Shown one piece after another: positions 36,918 through 46,757 of a stretch of 64,000 nt of DNA. Origin of the DNA: Candidatus Bathyarchaeia archaeon (lineage in GTDB: Archaea; Thermoproteota; Bathyarchaeia; 40CM-2-53-6); contig JBEKVV010000001.1 in assembly GCA_049513715.1 (NCBI GenBank), forward strand, positions 608,001-672,000. The letters are read 5' to 3'. The translations under genes were made by a program, and so were the position numbers. Positions within the stretch are counted from its first letter, which is position 1; each line of letters opens with the position of its first letter. Below the pieces are notes generated by a model. That model was given only the letters and a program-made list of their open reading frames with translations. It had not been told where the DNA came from and searched no databases.

Positions 36918-37349
36918 ATGGGAGTTCAAAAGTACCTAGTCCAGACTTGGAATGATCGAGAGAAATCGGGTCTGCAGCGACACATGCGCGGAGCCTTAAT
37001 CAAGTGGCGTAGAGATCCTACGGTGACTAGAATTGAGCATCCGACGAGGCTCGATCGCGCTAGAGCTCTGGGATACAAAGCCAAACAGGGCTACGTCGTA
37101 GTCCGAGTCAGAATCAGAAAGGGAGGGGCAAGGAAGATTCGTCCACGCGCGGGACGAAGGCCGAGGGCCCTCGGTGTCACAAAGTTCACGCGCTCGATAA
37201 GCCTCAAAAACATAGCAGAGCAAAAGGCGCAGAAAAAGTTCCCCAACCTCCGTGTCCTGAACTCATACTATGTTTCGGAGGATGGGACAAACCACTGGTT
37301 CGAAACAATCATGAAAGATACACACAACCCATCCGCAGCAGATTCCTGA
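36918..37349 (+). CDS. rpl15e: 50S ribosomal protein L15e (short form)
   Basis: PTRLDRARALGYKAKQG, FPNLRVLNSY. Confidence 0.95.
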   Translation: MGVQKYLVQTWNDREKSGLQRHMRGALIKWRRDPTVTRIEHPTRLDRARALGYKAKQGYVVVRVRIRKGGARKIRPRAGRRPRALGVTKFTRSISLKNIAEQKAQKKFPNLRVLNSYYVSEDGTNHWFETIMKDTHNPSAADS

Positions 37350-37414
37350 TCGCAGAAAGGGCGAAAGGCCCTCGCCTCGGTCGAAGTGGGCCTGACATAC
37401 GGCAAGCGACCAAC

Positions 37415-38215
37415 TTGCGAAAGCCTCTAATTGTAATCAAAGTGGGCGGGTCCGCTCTCACCGACAAGAATAAGAAATACGCGCCACGCCCACACAGCAT
37501 TCGGCAAGCAACAAGGCAAATCGCAGCAATCTGCAGGGTGTATTCACTAGTCTTGGTTCATGGCGCTGGTAGCTTTGGCCATATTCCAGTTGAAAAGTAT
37601 CGACTGGCGCATGGTTTCAATGATTCCAGGCAGCTAAAAGGACTGGCCGTCACTAAATCAAAACTCCTTGAATGGGAGATGATTCTGGACAAAGCCCTCC
37701 TCAAACAGAAAGTACCGCTTGTTCCATTTCTCGCCTCAGATTTCATCGTCACTCGCAAGGGCAGAATCTTTTCATCCGACTTGAGACCTCTCCAAAACTG
37801 GCTGCGGCTCGGCTGTGTTCCAACAGTCGGGGGAGACATCGTCCCTGACTCTCATCAAGGGTTCTCAATTCTGTCTGGTGATCAGCTAGCTGTGCATTTG
37901 GCGCTAAAACTCAAAGCAAAACGCCTCATCTTCGCGACAGATGTCGATGGAATTTTCGATTCGGACCCAAAACTCAACCCTGAAGCCAAGCTGCTGACGA
38001 ATTTGACTAATTCAATAGCTTCGAGGCTTGTCGCGAAGGCAACCTCACTGACAACGCCGGACGTAACAGGTGGGATGGCAGGAAAAATCGGGGAAGCCCT
38101 GGTCGCGGCTCGCGCTGGCGTACTCGTCGAGTTCGTGAACCTGACAAAGGACGACAGGCTTCTGAAGGCAGCGCTGGGTGGACATGTGGTCTCGTCCAGA
38201 ATTTCGCGTTCTTGA
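37415..38215 (+). CDS. ipk: isopentenyl phosphate kinase
   Basis: KVGGSALTDK, VHGAGSFGH, SGD, DVTGGMAGK. Confidence 0.92.
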   Translation: MRKPLIVIKVGGSALTDKNKKYAPRPHSIRQATRQIAAICRVYSLVLVHGAGSFGHIPVEKYRLAHGFNDSRQLKGLAVTKSKLLEWEMILDKALLKQKVPLVPFLASDFIVTRKGRIFSSDLRPLQNWLRLGCVPTVGGDIVPDSHQGFSILSGDQLAVHLALKLKAKRLIFATDVDGIFDSDPKLNPEAKLLTNLTNSIASRLVAKATSLTTPDVTGGMAGKIGEALVAARAGVLVEFVNLTKDDRLLKAALGGHVVSSRISRS

Positions 38216-38222
38216 CTGGGTG

Positions 38223-38585
38223 CTACAGGAGTGGTAGCTCGCCAGTTATTTTGTCGACGAGTTCACCGGGAGCGGGTCCAATGCCTACGCATGTAGCTGT
38301 TCCAGGATCTACTTGGGTAAGCCCCCTGTCATGTATTATCGCGGACCCTAGGCCAAGGTCATCGGCCTGCCTTTTCAGGTCGTCTAGGTCACTTTCAGAG
38401 TTGACCTTGACCACGACCTTGCACTGGCCTTCATTGAACCAATTCTTCCACCATTCAGGGTGAACGCGACGAGTTTCCTCAGATGCCGTAATGGTAGCAT
38501 GCCCCACCTGTACCGCGATCTTACCCTTGCCCATCTCCAAATCGCGCCTGACGGCTATGACCAGCTTGTACTTGAAATCCGTAAG
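38223..38585 (-). CDS. pth2: peptidyl-tRNA hydrolase Pth2 (start non-canonical or uncertain)
   Basis: YKLVIAVRRDLEMGKGKIAVQVGHA, DRGLTQV. Confidence 0.93.
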   Translation of the reverse strand, partial: LTDFKYKLVIAVRRDLEMGKGKIAVQVGHATITASEETRRVHPEWWKNWFNEGQCKVVVKVNSESDLDDLKRQADDLGLGSAIIHDRGLTQVDPGTATCVGIGPAPGELVDKITGELPLL

Positions 38586-38644
38586 CCAACCCCGACTTTA
38601 TCTTAAGCATCTACCGACAAATAAGCCCAAGTGGCAAGAGCGCG

Positions 38645-39097
38645 GTGGATTTGTTGAACGAGGGGGTTGTTCACTCTATCGAGATAAGCACTATCGCGCA
38701 CGCAACCGACGACTTGGAGAAAGTCCAAACAGCTCTAAACCACATTCTACCAGACTCCCTACTTGGGCGTCAAGTCTTCACGAGGCGATACATGGAGGGC
38801 CATCACGGCAATCCCATAGTGACCTTCGAAGCGAAACTCACAAAACCCAATGATGTCATGGAATTCACAGAACATTTCCTGAAACAGTTTTCCAGGAGCG
38901 AGAGGCTTAGAGTTGAGAGGGATTTGGATCTGCATTCAGATGAGGACGGCAACCTCTTCATCCGGTTGGACAAGCAACGAGCTTACCTTGGCGCAATGGA
39001 GCTGGCGGACGAAGACCCGATAAGAGTCCGCCTCAAATTCAGTAAACTGAAGGGAGACGCAAAGAATCTCATGCGCCAGATTTTGGAGGTGGAGTAA
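38645..39097 (+). CDS. exosome-operon RNA-binding protein (COG1325-like)
   Basis: HATDDLEKV, GHHGNPI, FIRLDKQ. Confidence 0.85.
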   Translation: MDLLNEGVVHSIEISTIAHATDDLEKVQTALNHILPDSLLGRQVFTRRYMEGHHGNPIVTFEAKLTKPNDVMEFTEHFLKQFSRSERLRVERDLDLHSDEDGNLFIRLDKQRAYLGAMELADEDPIRVRLKFSKLKGDAKNLMRQILEVE

Positions 39098-39098
39098 A

Positions 39099-39809
39099 CT
39101 GCCGAAATTCACAGATCTACACGTCATTCCGCGGGTTGAAGACGAAAAATCATGCAAAGAACTGGCTGGGATGCTGAAACTTGCAGGATACTCCGTCGTA
39201 GGTTTGACTCTCCCCACTGGGCTTTTTCAGGAACGGGTTGCATTCCTTCGCCGTGTTTTCCTCGAAGCAGGGTTGGAAACAGCGCTTAGAATTGACCTGA
39301 CCTCAACCTCAAGAACGGACCTGCTTCGTCTCTTGAGGAGATTCAGAAATTCCTATGACATCATAGCCGTGAAATGCACCAACCAAGCGGTATCTACAGT
39401 GGCATGCAGAGATAGGCGAGTTGACCTCGTGTTCTTCGACTCACGCAATCCCAGAGCCAGATTCAACCATTCCTTCGCAAGTCTTCTCGGAGGGGCGCTG
39501 GAATTCAACTTGGTCTCATCGTTGCTCAAGGAGTCAAGAACAGAAATCGTCTCCAGAATCGTCAAAGAGGCAGGAATCGCCCGTCGTCATCGAACCAAGG
39601 TTGTTCTGTCAAGTGGTTGCACGACCCCAGACATGGTTAGAAGCCCCAACCAAATTGAGGCATTGGGAGGGGCTGTAGGTCTAACGTCCAAGCAGACCTC
39701 AAGCGGAATATCTAACGTCCCAATATCGATCGTTGCTCGAAACTTCGAACGGCGCTCTAGGCAATATGTCGAAGAGGGAGTGAAAGTCGTGCTCCCTAAG
39801 GCAGAGTAG
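39099..39809 (+). CDS. rnp3: RNase P protein Rpp30 (probable CTG start)
   Basis: FTDLH N-terminus, DRRVDL, VLSSG...RSP; operon position. Confidence 0.85.
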   Translation: MPKFTDLHVIPRVEDEKSCKELAGMLKLAGYSVVGLTLPTGLFQERVAFLRRVFLEAGLETALRIDLTSTSRTDLLRLLRRFRNSYDIIAVKCTNQAVSTVACRDRRVDLVFFDSRNPRARFNHSFASLLGGALEFNLVSSLLKESRTEIVSRIVKEAGIARRHRTKVVLSSGCTTPDMVRSPNQIEALGGAVGLTSKQTSSGISNVPISIVARNFERRSRQYVEEGVKVVLPKAE

Positions 39810-39815
39810 AGCCCA

Positions 39816-40124
39816 ATGACAAGACGTTACTTCTTGGTCGAAGTAGTCTCCGGCCGTGCACTGTCTGGTGAAGAATTCGGTAGGGCTTTAGCGGAGGTAG
39901 TGCAGAAACATTTCGGGCTGTTTGGCCTCAGTCGAATTGATCCAAGGTTGATTCGTTTCGATGCCGCGCAATCGCTCGCAATTGTTGGGTGCGCAAAGGA
40001 GGGGGCGCAGGATTTGCAAGCTGCTATGGCGCTGATGTCGGATGTTTCAGACTCGCCGGTTGCCCCAATAACTCTTCGCGTCTCGGGGACCATTAAAGGA
40101 CTGCGAAGCAAGAAGTCACGGTAA
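39816..40124 (+). CDS. rnp2: RNase P protein Pop5/Rpp14
   Basis: RRYFLV, VSGTIK; operon position. Confidence 0.85.
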   Translation: MTRRYFLVEVVSGRALSGEEFGRALAEVVQKHFGLFGLSRIDPRLIRFDAAQSLAIVGCAKEGAQDLQAAMALMSDVSDSPVAPITLRVSGTIKGLRSKKSR

Positions 40125-40156
40125 CCTTTTTCATTGACGCTAACTCATCCAGCTGC

Positions 40157-40228
40157 GGGGATGAAGAAGCCAGTCCCAGTCAGATCTCATTGCTGAAGAT
40201 ATGACGACCTCAGCGACGGGCCGACCCC
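40157..40228 (+). ncRNA. candidate C/D-box sRNA
   Basis: GGGG/CCCC stem; C ATGAAGA, D' CTGA, C' ATGACGA, D CCGA. Confidence 0.65.
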
Positions 40229-40381
40229 AAAATCTTCGGTCAGCTTCGGATCATTGTCTTGAATTTCAGAGTGACTTGGTGTGACAGAACCCAGTCACGT
40301 TTTCGTCGGTTGTAGGGAACATGTAAAGAGTTTTATTAGGGAGTCCCACTGGAAGGGCAATTTCATTCAGGTGAATCTGTA

Positions 40382-41128
40382 TTGTCAATGTTTGCCGTTC
40401 CGGGCGCGTACGACCGTGCGATCACTGTGTTTTCTCCAGACGGGCGTCTGTTTCAGGTTGAGTACGCATCCGAGACCGTGAAAAGAGGCGCAACCGTACT
40501 CGGAATAGCCTGCCCGCAAGGCGTTGTCCTAGCGGCCGAGGAAAGAGCAACATCCAAACTTCAAGATCCAACATTCATGTGGAAAATCTTCCAGATCGAC
40601 GAACATGTCGGCGCGGCAGTAGCTGGGCTCAGCTGCGACGCCCACATCCTAGTCGACCAAGCAAGAGTTTACGCACAATCAAACCGCCTTCTCTACGATG
40701 AACCAATCGACGTCGAAATCCTAACGAGAAGGATAGGAGAAATCAAACAACTCTACACGCAACACGCAGGTGTCCGACCCTTTGGCATTTCGATGCTATT
40801 CGGTGGCATAGACCGCAAAGGGAGCCGATTGTTCTGGACCGACCCAAGTGGAGCATTCTTGGCATACAAGGCATGGGCAATCGGAGCCGGCGGGGACGCG
40901 GCCAACGAAATCCTCGAGGCAGACTACAAAGACGAGATAAGCCTAGATGATGCAGTGCTCCTGGCACTCAAGTGCATGAGCAAAGTATTGGAGGAGAAGT
41001 TGGACGCACAGAAGATTCGCATTGCAACAGTAACAGCGGCCACGAAGAAATTCGGAAAACTGACGCAAGAAGAAGTAGAGAAATATCTCAAACGGCTAGA
41101 TTCCTCCAAAAAGGCCGTTAGCCGATGA
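40382..41128 (+). CDS. psmA: proteasome alpha subunit
   Basis: YDRAITVFSPDGRLFQVEYA. Confidence 0.98.
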   Translation: MSMFAVPGAYDRAITVFSPDGRLFQVEYASETVKRGATVLGIACPQGVVLAAEERATSKLQDPTFMWKIFQIDEHVGAAVAGLSCDAHILVDQARVYAQSNRLLYDEPIDVEILTRRIGEIKQLYTQHAGVRPFGISMLFGGIDRKGSRLFWTDPSGAFLAYKAWAIGAGGDAANEILEADYKDEISLDDAVLLALKCMSKVLEEKLDAQKIRIATVTAATKKFGKLTQEEVEKYLKRLDSSKKAVSR

Positions 41129-41814
41129 GTGAAAAGTTCACCACAGCTCGCATTGCAAAAAGCGGAGAAAAATTCGAAATTCTAGTCAAACCCGATGAGG
41201 CACTAGACTACAAGATGGGAAAGCAGCTTGGGATCTCCCAACTGCTTGTTATCGACGAGATATACAGCGACGCCAACAAGGGCACGCACGCTTCCGAAGA
41301 GAAACTGCAGAAAGCATTCGGAACCACAGACCCTGTCAAAATTGCAGAGGAGATAATGAAGCACGGTGAGCTGCAACTCACCACGGATCAGAGACGACAA
41401 CTCGTCGAGGACAAGAGAAAGCAGATAGTAGCATTTATCGCCAGAAATTGCATTGACCCAAGAAGCGGAACACCTCACCCCCCCATCAGAATCGAGCAGG
41501 CTCTGAATCAGGTCAAGTACTCAATTGACCCCTTTAAGACCGTAGAGGAGCAAGCCAAGGAAATAATCGAGGAACTACGGTCCATAATTCCAATCAAAAT
41601 TGAGCAGATGCGAGTCGCAGTCAAGATTTTCGCGGAGCACTCAGCCAAGGGATATGGTGCACTGAAAAACTACGGAACAATCACTCGCGAAGAGTGGCAG
41701 GCCGACGGAGCTTTAGTTGCTGTCATTGAGATGCCGGCCGGGGTCTACGGCCCATTTCTTGAGCGCTTGGGCAAGATCACTCAGGGCACAATCCAAACAA
41801 AGATTCTAAAGTAG
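41125..41814 (+). CDS. sdo1: ribosome maturation factor SBDS
   Basis: GEKFEILV, PHPPIRIE. Confidence 0.95.
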   Translation: MSEKFTTARIAKSGEKFEILVKPDEALDYKMGKQLGISQLLVIDEIYSDANKGTHASEEKLQKAFGTTDPVKIAEEIMKHGELQLTTDQRRQLVEDKRKQIVAFIARNCIDPRSGTPHPPIRIEQALNQVKYSIDPFKTVEEQAKEIIEELRSIIPIKIEQMRVAVKIFAEHSAKGYGALKNYGTITREEWQADGALVAVIEMPAGVYGPFLERLGKITQGTIQTKILK

Positions 41815-41904
41815 CCCGAACTGAGTCTGCGGGGAAACGGATAGGCTAAAGTAGCAGTTTCTTGGTTGTTCCACGCCTTCAGTCATGTACATGGGTTGGA
41901 ACAA

Positions 41905-42609
41905 TTGACTGTCCACGCAGAACACAAGCAGCTAGTGGGCCCCGGTGAACTTCTCGCAGAGGGCCCATACTTTGCAGGCGAAAACACCTACCGCGAAGGC
42001 ACGAAGATATTTTCGTCGCGCATAGGATTGGCCGAAGTGATTGGGAACAAACTAATCGTTGTCCCAATCAAAGGCGCATACATTCCACGCCTAGATGACA
42101 TTGTTGTCGGTCGCGTGACAGACATAGGGATGTCAGGTTGGCAAGTAGACATCTGCGGACCGTACCCCGCGATGTTGCCGGCGTCGGAGACTTCAATGTC
42201 ACGTGGGCGAGATTCGGGCCGGCGCGACTTGAGTCAGATCTACGTGGTCGGTGACATTATGCTTGCTCAGATCATAGCCTTCGATCGAACCCGTGACCCC
42301 CTTCTAACCACGAAGGGACGTGGGTTGGGCAAGATCACTTCGGGCCGTGTGGCGCGAATAACGCCTGCTAAGATACCACGCATAATAGGAAAGACGGGTT
42401 CAATGATAACAATGTTGAAGAAGGAGACCGGAACCGATATCATCCCCGGTCAAAACGGTGTTATCTTGGCAACTGGTGGAACGCCAGACCAAGAGAGAAT
42501 CGCTGTAGAAGCCGTTTACATGATTGATCGAGAAGCTCACACAACAGGACTAACTGACCGTGTGAAAGCGATGATACAAGGGAAAATGAAGGTAAAGACT
42601 AATGGGTAA
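41905..42609 (+). CDS. rrp4: exosome RNA-binding subunit Rrp4 (start uncertain)
   Basis: [12 protein letters not shown]1 domain; [12 protein letters not shown] domain; GQNG. Confidence 0.95.
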   Translation: MTVHAEHKQLVGPGELLAEGPYFAGENTYREGTKIFSSRIGLAEVIGNKLIVVPIKGAYIPRLDDIVVGRVTDIGMSGWQVDICGPYPAMLPASETSMSRGRDSGRRDLSQIYVVGDIMLAQIIAFDRTRDPLLTTKGRGLGKITSGRVARITPAKIPRIIGKTGSMITMLKKETGTDIIPGQNGVILATGGTPDQERIAVEAVYMIDREAHTTGLTDRVKAMIQGKMKVKTNG

Positions 42610-43366
42610 AGAAAAGACTGTTAAATTAATGGACGAAAACGGCCTTCGAGTTGACGGCCGACGAGTCGACGAACTCAGGCCACTCAAATTGGAAGTTGGC
42701 ATCTTAGACAAAGCCGACGGCTCAGCGTACATAGAACACGGCAAGAACAAAATCCTAGCAGCAGTGTACGGGCCCAGAGAAGCACATCCAAAACATATCG
42801 CCCTGGCTGATCGCGCAGTTGTCAGGTGCCGCTACCACATGGCACCCTTCTCCACTACGGAAAGAAAATCACCTGCCCCATCACGACGCGAGTTAGAGCT
42901 CTCGAAAGTGATCAGGGAAGCGTTGGAGCCTGCTATCATGTCGGAGTATTTTCCAAGAGCCACAATAGACATCTTCATCGAAGTTCTAGAAGCGGATGCC
43001 GGAACCAGATGTGCCGGCATCACCGCAGCATCGTTGGCACTGGCCGATGGAGGCATACCAATGCGCGAGCTTGTTGCAGCCTGTGCGGCCGGCAAAGTCG
43101 AAGGGCAAGTTGTCCTCGATTTGTCTAATATGGAAGACCAGCAGGGCGAAGCTGACTTGCCAGTCGCACTCATGCCAAAGTCAAACGTGATTACCCTGCT
43201 TCAGATGGACGGCTCTCTCACAGAGGATGAGTTCAAGCGCGCTCTGGACCTTAGCACAGACGCCTGCAGGAAGATACATGAAATGCAACGGGAAGCGCTC
43301 AGGCAGAAGTACCTGGTTGCACGGGACGAAAGTGAAAAGAAGGAAGTGGAGGAGGTAAAGGCATAA
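42602..43366 (+). CDS. rrp41: exosome nuclease Rrp41
   Basis: [16 protein letters not shown]. Confidence 0.97.
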   Translation: MGKEKTVKLMDENGLRVDGRRVDELRPLKLEVGILDKADGSAYIEHGKNKILAAVYGPREAHPKHIALADRAVVRCRYHMAPFSTTERKSPAPSRRELELSKVIREALEPAIMSEYFPRATIDIFIEVLEADAGTRCAGITAASLALADGGIPMRELVAACAAGKVEGQVVLDLSNMEDQQGEADLPVALMPKSNVITLLQMDGSLTEDEFKRALDLSTDACRKIHEMQREALRQKYLVARDESEKKEVEEVKA

Positions 43367-43368
43367 AC

Positions 43369-44184
43369 TTGTCTACAACTCGCCAACACTCCCCGGTCGC
43401 AAAACTCGAACAAAAGACTATCGTAGATCTAATCACCAAAGGGAAGCGACTCGATGAGCGAGGCCCGCTCGATTATAGGCCGCTCACAATAACTTTAGGC
43501 ATAATCGAGAAAGCCAACGGTTCAGCTCAAGTATACTTAGGAAAAACGAAAGTCGTAGCCGGTATCAAAGTTGAACAAGGGACCCCATTCCCAGACACTC
43601 CGAACGAAGGTATTCTCACCGTCAACTCGGAGTTCGTGCCAATGGCCTCACCCACATTCGAAGCTGGGCCTCCGGACGAGAACTCGATTGAACTGGCACG
43701 TGTTGTCGACAGGGGGATAAGGGAATCCAAAGCGATCGACCTGAAAAAGCTCTGCATAGAACCCGGAAAGAAGGTCTTCATGGTCTTCGTAGATATTTAC
43801 ATCTTGGACCACGACGGCAACCTCATTGATGCTGCAGCGATGGCCGCACTAGGCGCGCTTGCAAACGCCAAGATGTTTGAATTCGAAGTAAAAGATGGCG
43901 AGGCCAAATTCAAAGACAAGCAAATGCCACTGCCAATGCAGAACTACCCCGTTCCAATAACAACAGCGAAGATCGATGGCACAATGGTCCTAGATCCTTG
44001 CTTGGAAGAAGAGTCTGTGATGAGTTGCCGGTTGACCGTCACCACAGACCAAAAAGACAGGATTTGTGCTATGCAGAAGGGCGGCTTAGGCGCCTTCACA
44101 CCAGAAGAAATCAAACAGGCCGTTTCGATAGCGATTAGCAAATCCAGGGATTTGCGAAAGAAGATATTGTCAGGCGTAAACTAG
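43369..44184 (+). CDS. rrp42: exosome subunit Rrp42
   Basis: PFPDTPNEG, ELARVVDRGIRES, DHDGNLIDA. Confidence 0.97.
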   Translation: MSTTRQHSPVAKLEQKTIVDLITKGKRLDERGPLDYRPLTITLGIIEKANGSAQVYLGKTKVVAGIKVEQGTPFPDTPNEGILTVNSEFVPMASPTFEAGPPDENSIELARVVDRGIRESKAIDLKKLCIEPGKKVFMVFVDIYILDHDGNLIDAAAMAALGALANAKMFEFEVKDGEAKFKDKQMPLPMQNYPVPITTAKIDGTMVLDPCLEEESVMSCRLTVTTDQKDRICAMQKGGLGAFTPEEIKQAVSIAISKSRDLRKKILSGVN

Positions 44185-44185
44185 C

Positions 44186-44602
44186 ATGGGAAGGACATAC
44201 AAAGTCGGCCCCTCAGGCAGCTTCGGCGCACGCTATGGAACAGTGCCCAGAAAGAGATACTCAACCGTCATAACTGAAATGAGAGCTCCACACGAATGCC
44301 CCCAATGCCACATTCCAGCTGTTAAACGGCTGTCGGTCGGAATTTGGCTTTGCGACAGATGCGGATTCAAGTTCGCAGGGGGAGCCTACACACCCACAAC
44401 AAAGCTAGGACAAATCGCTGAAAGGGCAGCCCGCGCAGGCGTAGCATCAAGCCTGATGCAAGAACTGAAAGCCGAAAAGGCGCGAGCCGCCGAGAAGGAA
44501 GCTAAAGCTAAAGCACCCAAACGTCGACGCCGCAGGGCACAACCGACAGCAGAAGAGAAGGCATCAGACGCTCCTCCAACGCCTGAAGAAAAACCTGCAT
44601 AA
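44186..44602 (+). CDS. rpl37ae: 50S ribosomal protein L37Ae with long C-terminal tail
   Basis: FGARYG, CPQC, GIWLCDRC, AGGAYTP. Confidence 0.95.
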   Translation: MGRTYKVGPSGSFGARYGTVPRKRYSTVITEMRAPHECPQCHIPAVKRLSVGIWLCDRCGFKFAGGAYTPTTKLGQIAERAARAGVASSLMQELKAEKARAAEKEAKAKAPKRRRRRAQPTAEEKASDAPPTPEEKPA

Positions 44603-44690
44603 GGCTCCCTGTAACAATCGAAATTACAGATGCCAATTATGAGACTTTACAAGCACTGTCACAGCTCAAAACTCTGGACACATCGAATTC

Positions 44691-45032
44691 ATGGCGAGTC
44701 CGAGCTATGATTTGACCATGCAGCCAAAAGCAACCGGAAAGGTACGCCTCTCTTTCACTTCCAAAAGACAGCTAAATGCGATAGCTGAATCCCTCAAGGC
44801 TGAGCTTGCCCACCCTGCCGGCACAAAAGCTCGTGCTTCTCTAGGCGTGCGACCGCGAATACTCGAATTACGATTTGAGGCAGTAGATTCAACTGCCCTA
44901 AGAGCTATCCTCAGTTCATACCTGAGGTTGCTCGCGGCAACCCTGAACGTCAGTAATGCTCTAATTCACCTTGACAACTCAGGAGCAGAGGAAACCAAGA
45001 CGAGAAAAGCCATGCGGCCAAAGGCACTGTGA
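44691..45032 (+). CDS. KEOPS Pcc1-family protein (second paralog)
   Basis: LRFEAVDSTALRAILSSYLRLL; position after L37Ae. Confidence 0.75.
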   Translation: MASPSYDLTMQPKATGKVRLSFTSKRQLNAIAESLKAELAHPAGTKARASLGVRPRILELRFEAVDSTALRAILSSYLRLLAATLNVSNALIHLDNSGAEETKTRKAMRPKAL

Positions 45033-45043
45033 GTTGCAGATGA

Positions 45044-46261
45044 ATGATTGGTGATCTAGACCGAGAAATGAAGAAACGCGGAGTGCAAGCCATTGTTGTG
45101 CATGGCTATACGACCCTCGGAGACCCGGATCTGGCGTACGTTGTTGGCGGGGCTTTAGCAAGAGGTGGCACCTACATCAAGAAGATCGGCCACCAACCGC
45201 TGCTGGTCACCAGCAACTTAGACCTCGGGACCGCCAGAAAGTGGGGCCGAGTGACACGAATTCAAACATACACCGATTGGGGGTTGGAGAAGCTTTCAAC
45301 AAAATACGGGCGCGGAAAAGCCTTGCCCCACATGCTCGCTATGATCATGAAGAAAGAGGGCGTAAAGGGTAAGGTCAACTTGTACGGGCGGAACGACTTG
45401 GCGTCAGGAATATTCATGGTTGACCAATTAAGACGACTTCGAATCAAAATAGTGGGAGAACACCCCCCGACGGTACTAGATGCGGCGCGGGAGACGAAAG
45501 CCTCAACCGAGATTCGAGAACTTCGTCACGTTGCCGCCAAGACGGCTAAAGTCGTAAACGCAGTAACTGACGCGCTTCGGAGTTTAAAGCGAAAGCGTGC
45601 TGCACTCTATCTGGGTGGAAAGCGCGCCACCGTTGGGCTTGTCAAATCCTTGATATCATCCACCCTTGCTGCTGAAGGTTTGATCGCCCCCGAGGGAACG
45701 ATTTTCGCCATCGGCTCTTCAGGTGCCGACCCACATAACTCCGGCGTGCCAAGCAATCCCATTAAAGAAGGCAGGTTGATTGTGTTCGACATATTTCCGC
45801 AGGCTGAATCGGGGTACTGGGCCGACATGACCCGGACGTTTGTCGTTGGACGGGCGGAAGCGAAGGCGAAACGCCTCTACGAAGCTGTTCTGGACGCCCA
45901 AACTTCTAGCTTAGACTTCATTCGTCCTGGGGTGACGGGTGAAGAGGCTATGGTCAGGGCGTGCGACATAATAGAGGACCATGGCTTTCACACTGTCAGG
46001 GAAGTATTCGAAGGGAAATCCACGGGCATTTCATCCGGGTTTAATCACTCGCTCGGACATGGGGTTGGCCTTACGATAGGGGAAGGGCCGTACCTCTCAT
46101 TCCTGAGCAAAGAACGGCTGAAGGCGGCAGAAGTTGTGACAGTTGAGCCAGGCGTGTATCTTCCCGGCTACGGTGGAGTGAGGATTGAAGACACAGTGGC
46201 CATCACCTCGAGGGGTATAGAAAACTTAAGCCCCGTAGAGAAAGAACTAGAGCTAACCTAG
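45044..46261 (+). CDS. M24 family Xaa-Pro aminopeptidase
   Basis: [29 protein letters not shown]. Confidence 0.93.
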   Translation: MIGDLDREMKKRGVQAIVVHGYTTLGDPDLAYVVGGALARGGTYIKKIGHQPLLVTSNLDLGTARKWGRVTRIQTYTDWGLEKLSTKYGRGKALPHMLAMIMKKEGVKGKVNLYGRNDLASGIFMVDQLRRLRIKIVGEHPPTVLDAARETKASTEIRELRHVAAKTAKVVNAVTDALRSLKRKRAALYLGGKRATVGLVKSLISSTLAAEGLIAPEGTIFAIGSSGADPHNSGVPSNPIKEGRLIVFDIFPQAESGYWADMTRTFVVGRAEAKAKRLYEAVLDAQTSSLDFIRPGVTGEEAMVRACDIIEDHGFHTVREVFEGKSTGISSGFNHSLGHGVGLTIGEGPYLSFLSKERLKAAEVVTVEPGVYLPGYGGVRIEDTVAITSRGIENLSPVEKELELT

Positions 46262-46268
46262 GAGGATT

Positions 46269-46757
46269 GTGAATGTGGAAACGAAAGTAATTGACGTTCC
46301 AGTAGCTGAAGGACTGAACGCAATTCTGGGTCAGAGCCACTTCATCAAAACCGTCGAAGACATTTACGAAGCTTTGGTCAACGCGGTGCCAGGCATAGCT
46401 TTCGGAGTTGCATTCTGTGAATCAAGTGGACCATGCTTGGTTCGCGTTGAAGGAAACGACGCCGAACTGAAAAGACTCGCCACTAATACTGCCCTGCAAG
46501 TTTCAGCAGGGCATAGCTTCATCATTTTCATGCGAAACGCCTATCCGATTAACGTGCTCGACAAAGTAAAGGCAGTTCCAGAGGTCTGTAACATCTATCT
46601 GGCAACCGCAAACCCGTTTCAGGTCATAGTGGCTGAGACGGAGCAAGGACGCGGGATACTGGGGGTGATCGATGGATTCGCTTCCAAGGGAATGGAAACG
46701 GAGCGAGACGTGGTGGAGCGGAAGGCATTTCTGCGGAAGATAAGTTACAAGCTCTAA
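46269..46757 (+). CDS. adenosine-specific kinase / AMP-binding protein (DUF355)
   Basis: ILGQSHFIKTVED, ATANP, GRGILGVIDG. Confidence 0.88.
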   Translation: MNVETKVIDVPVAEGLNAILGQSHFIKTVEDIYEALVNAVPGIAFGVAFCESSGPCLVRVEGNDAELKRLATNTALQVSAGHSFIIFMRNAYPINVLDKVKAVPEVCNIYLATANPFQVIVAETEQGRGILGVIDGFASKGMETERDVVERKAFLRKISYKL

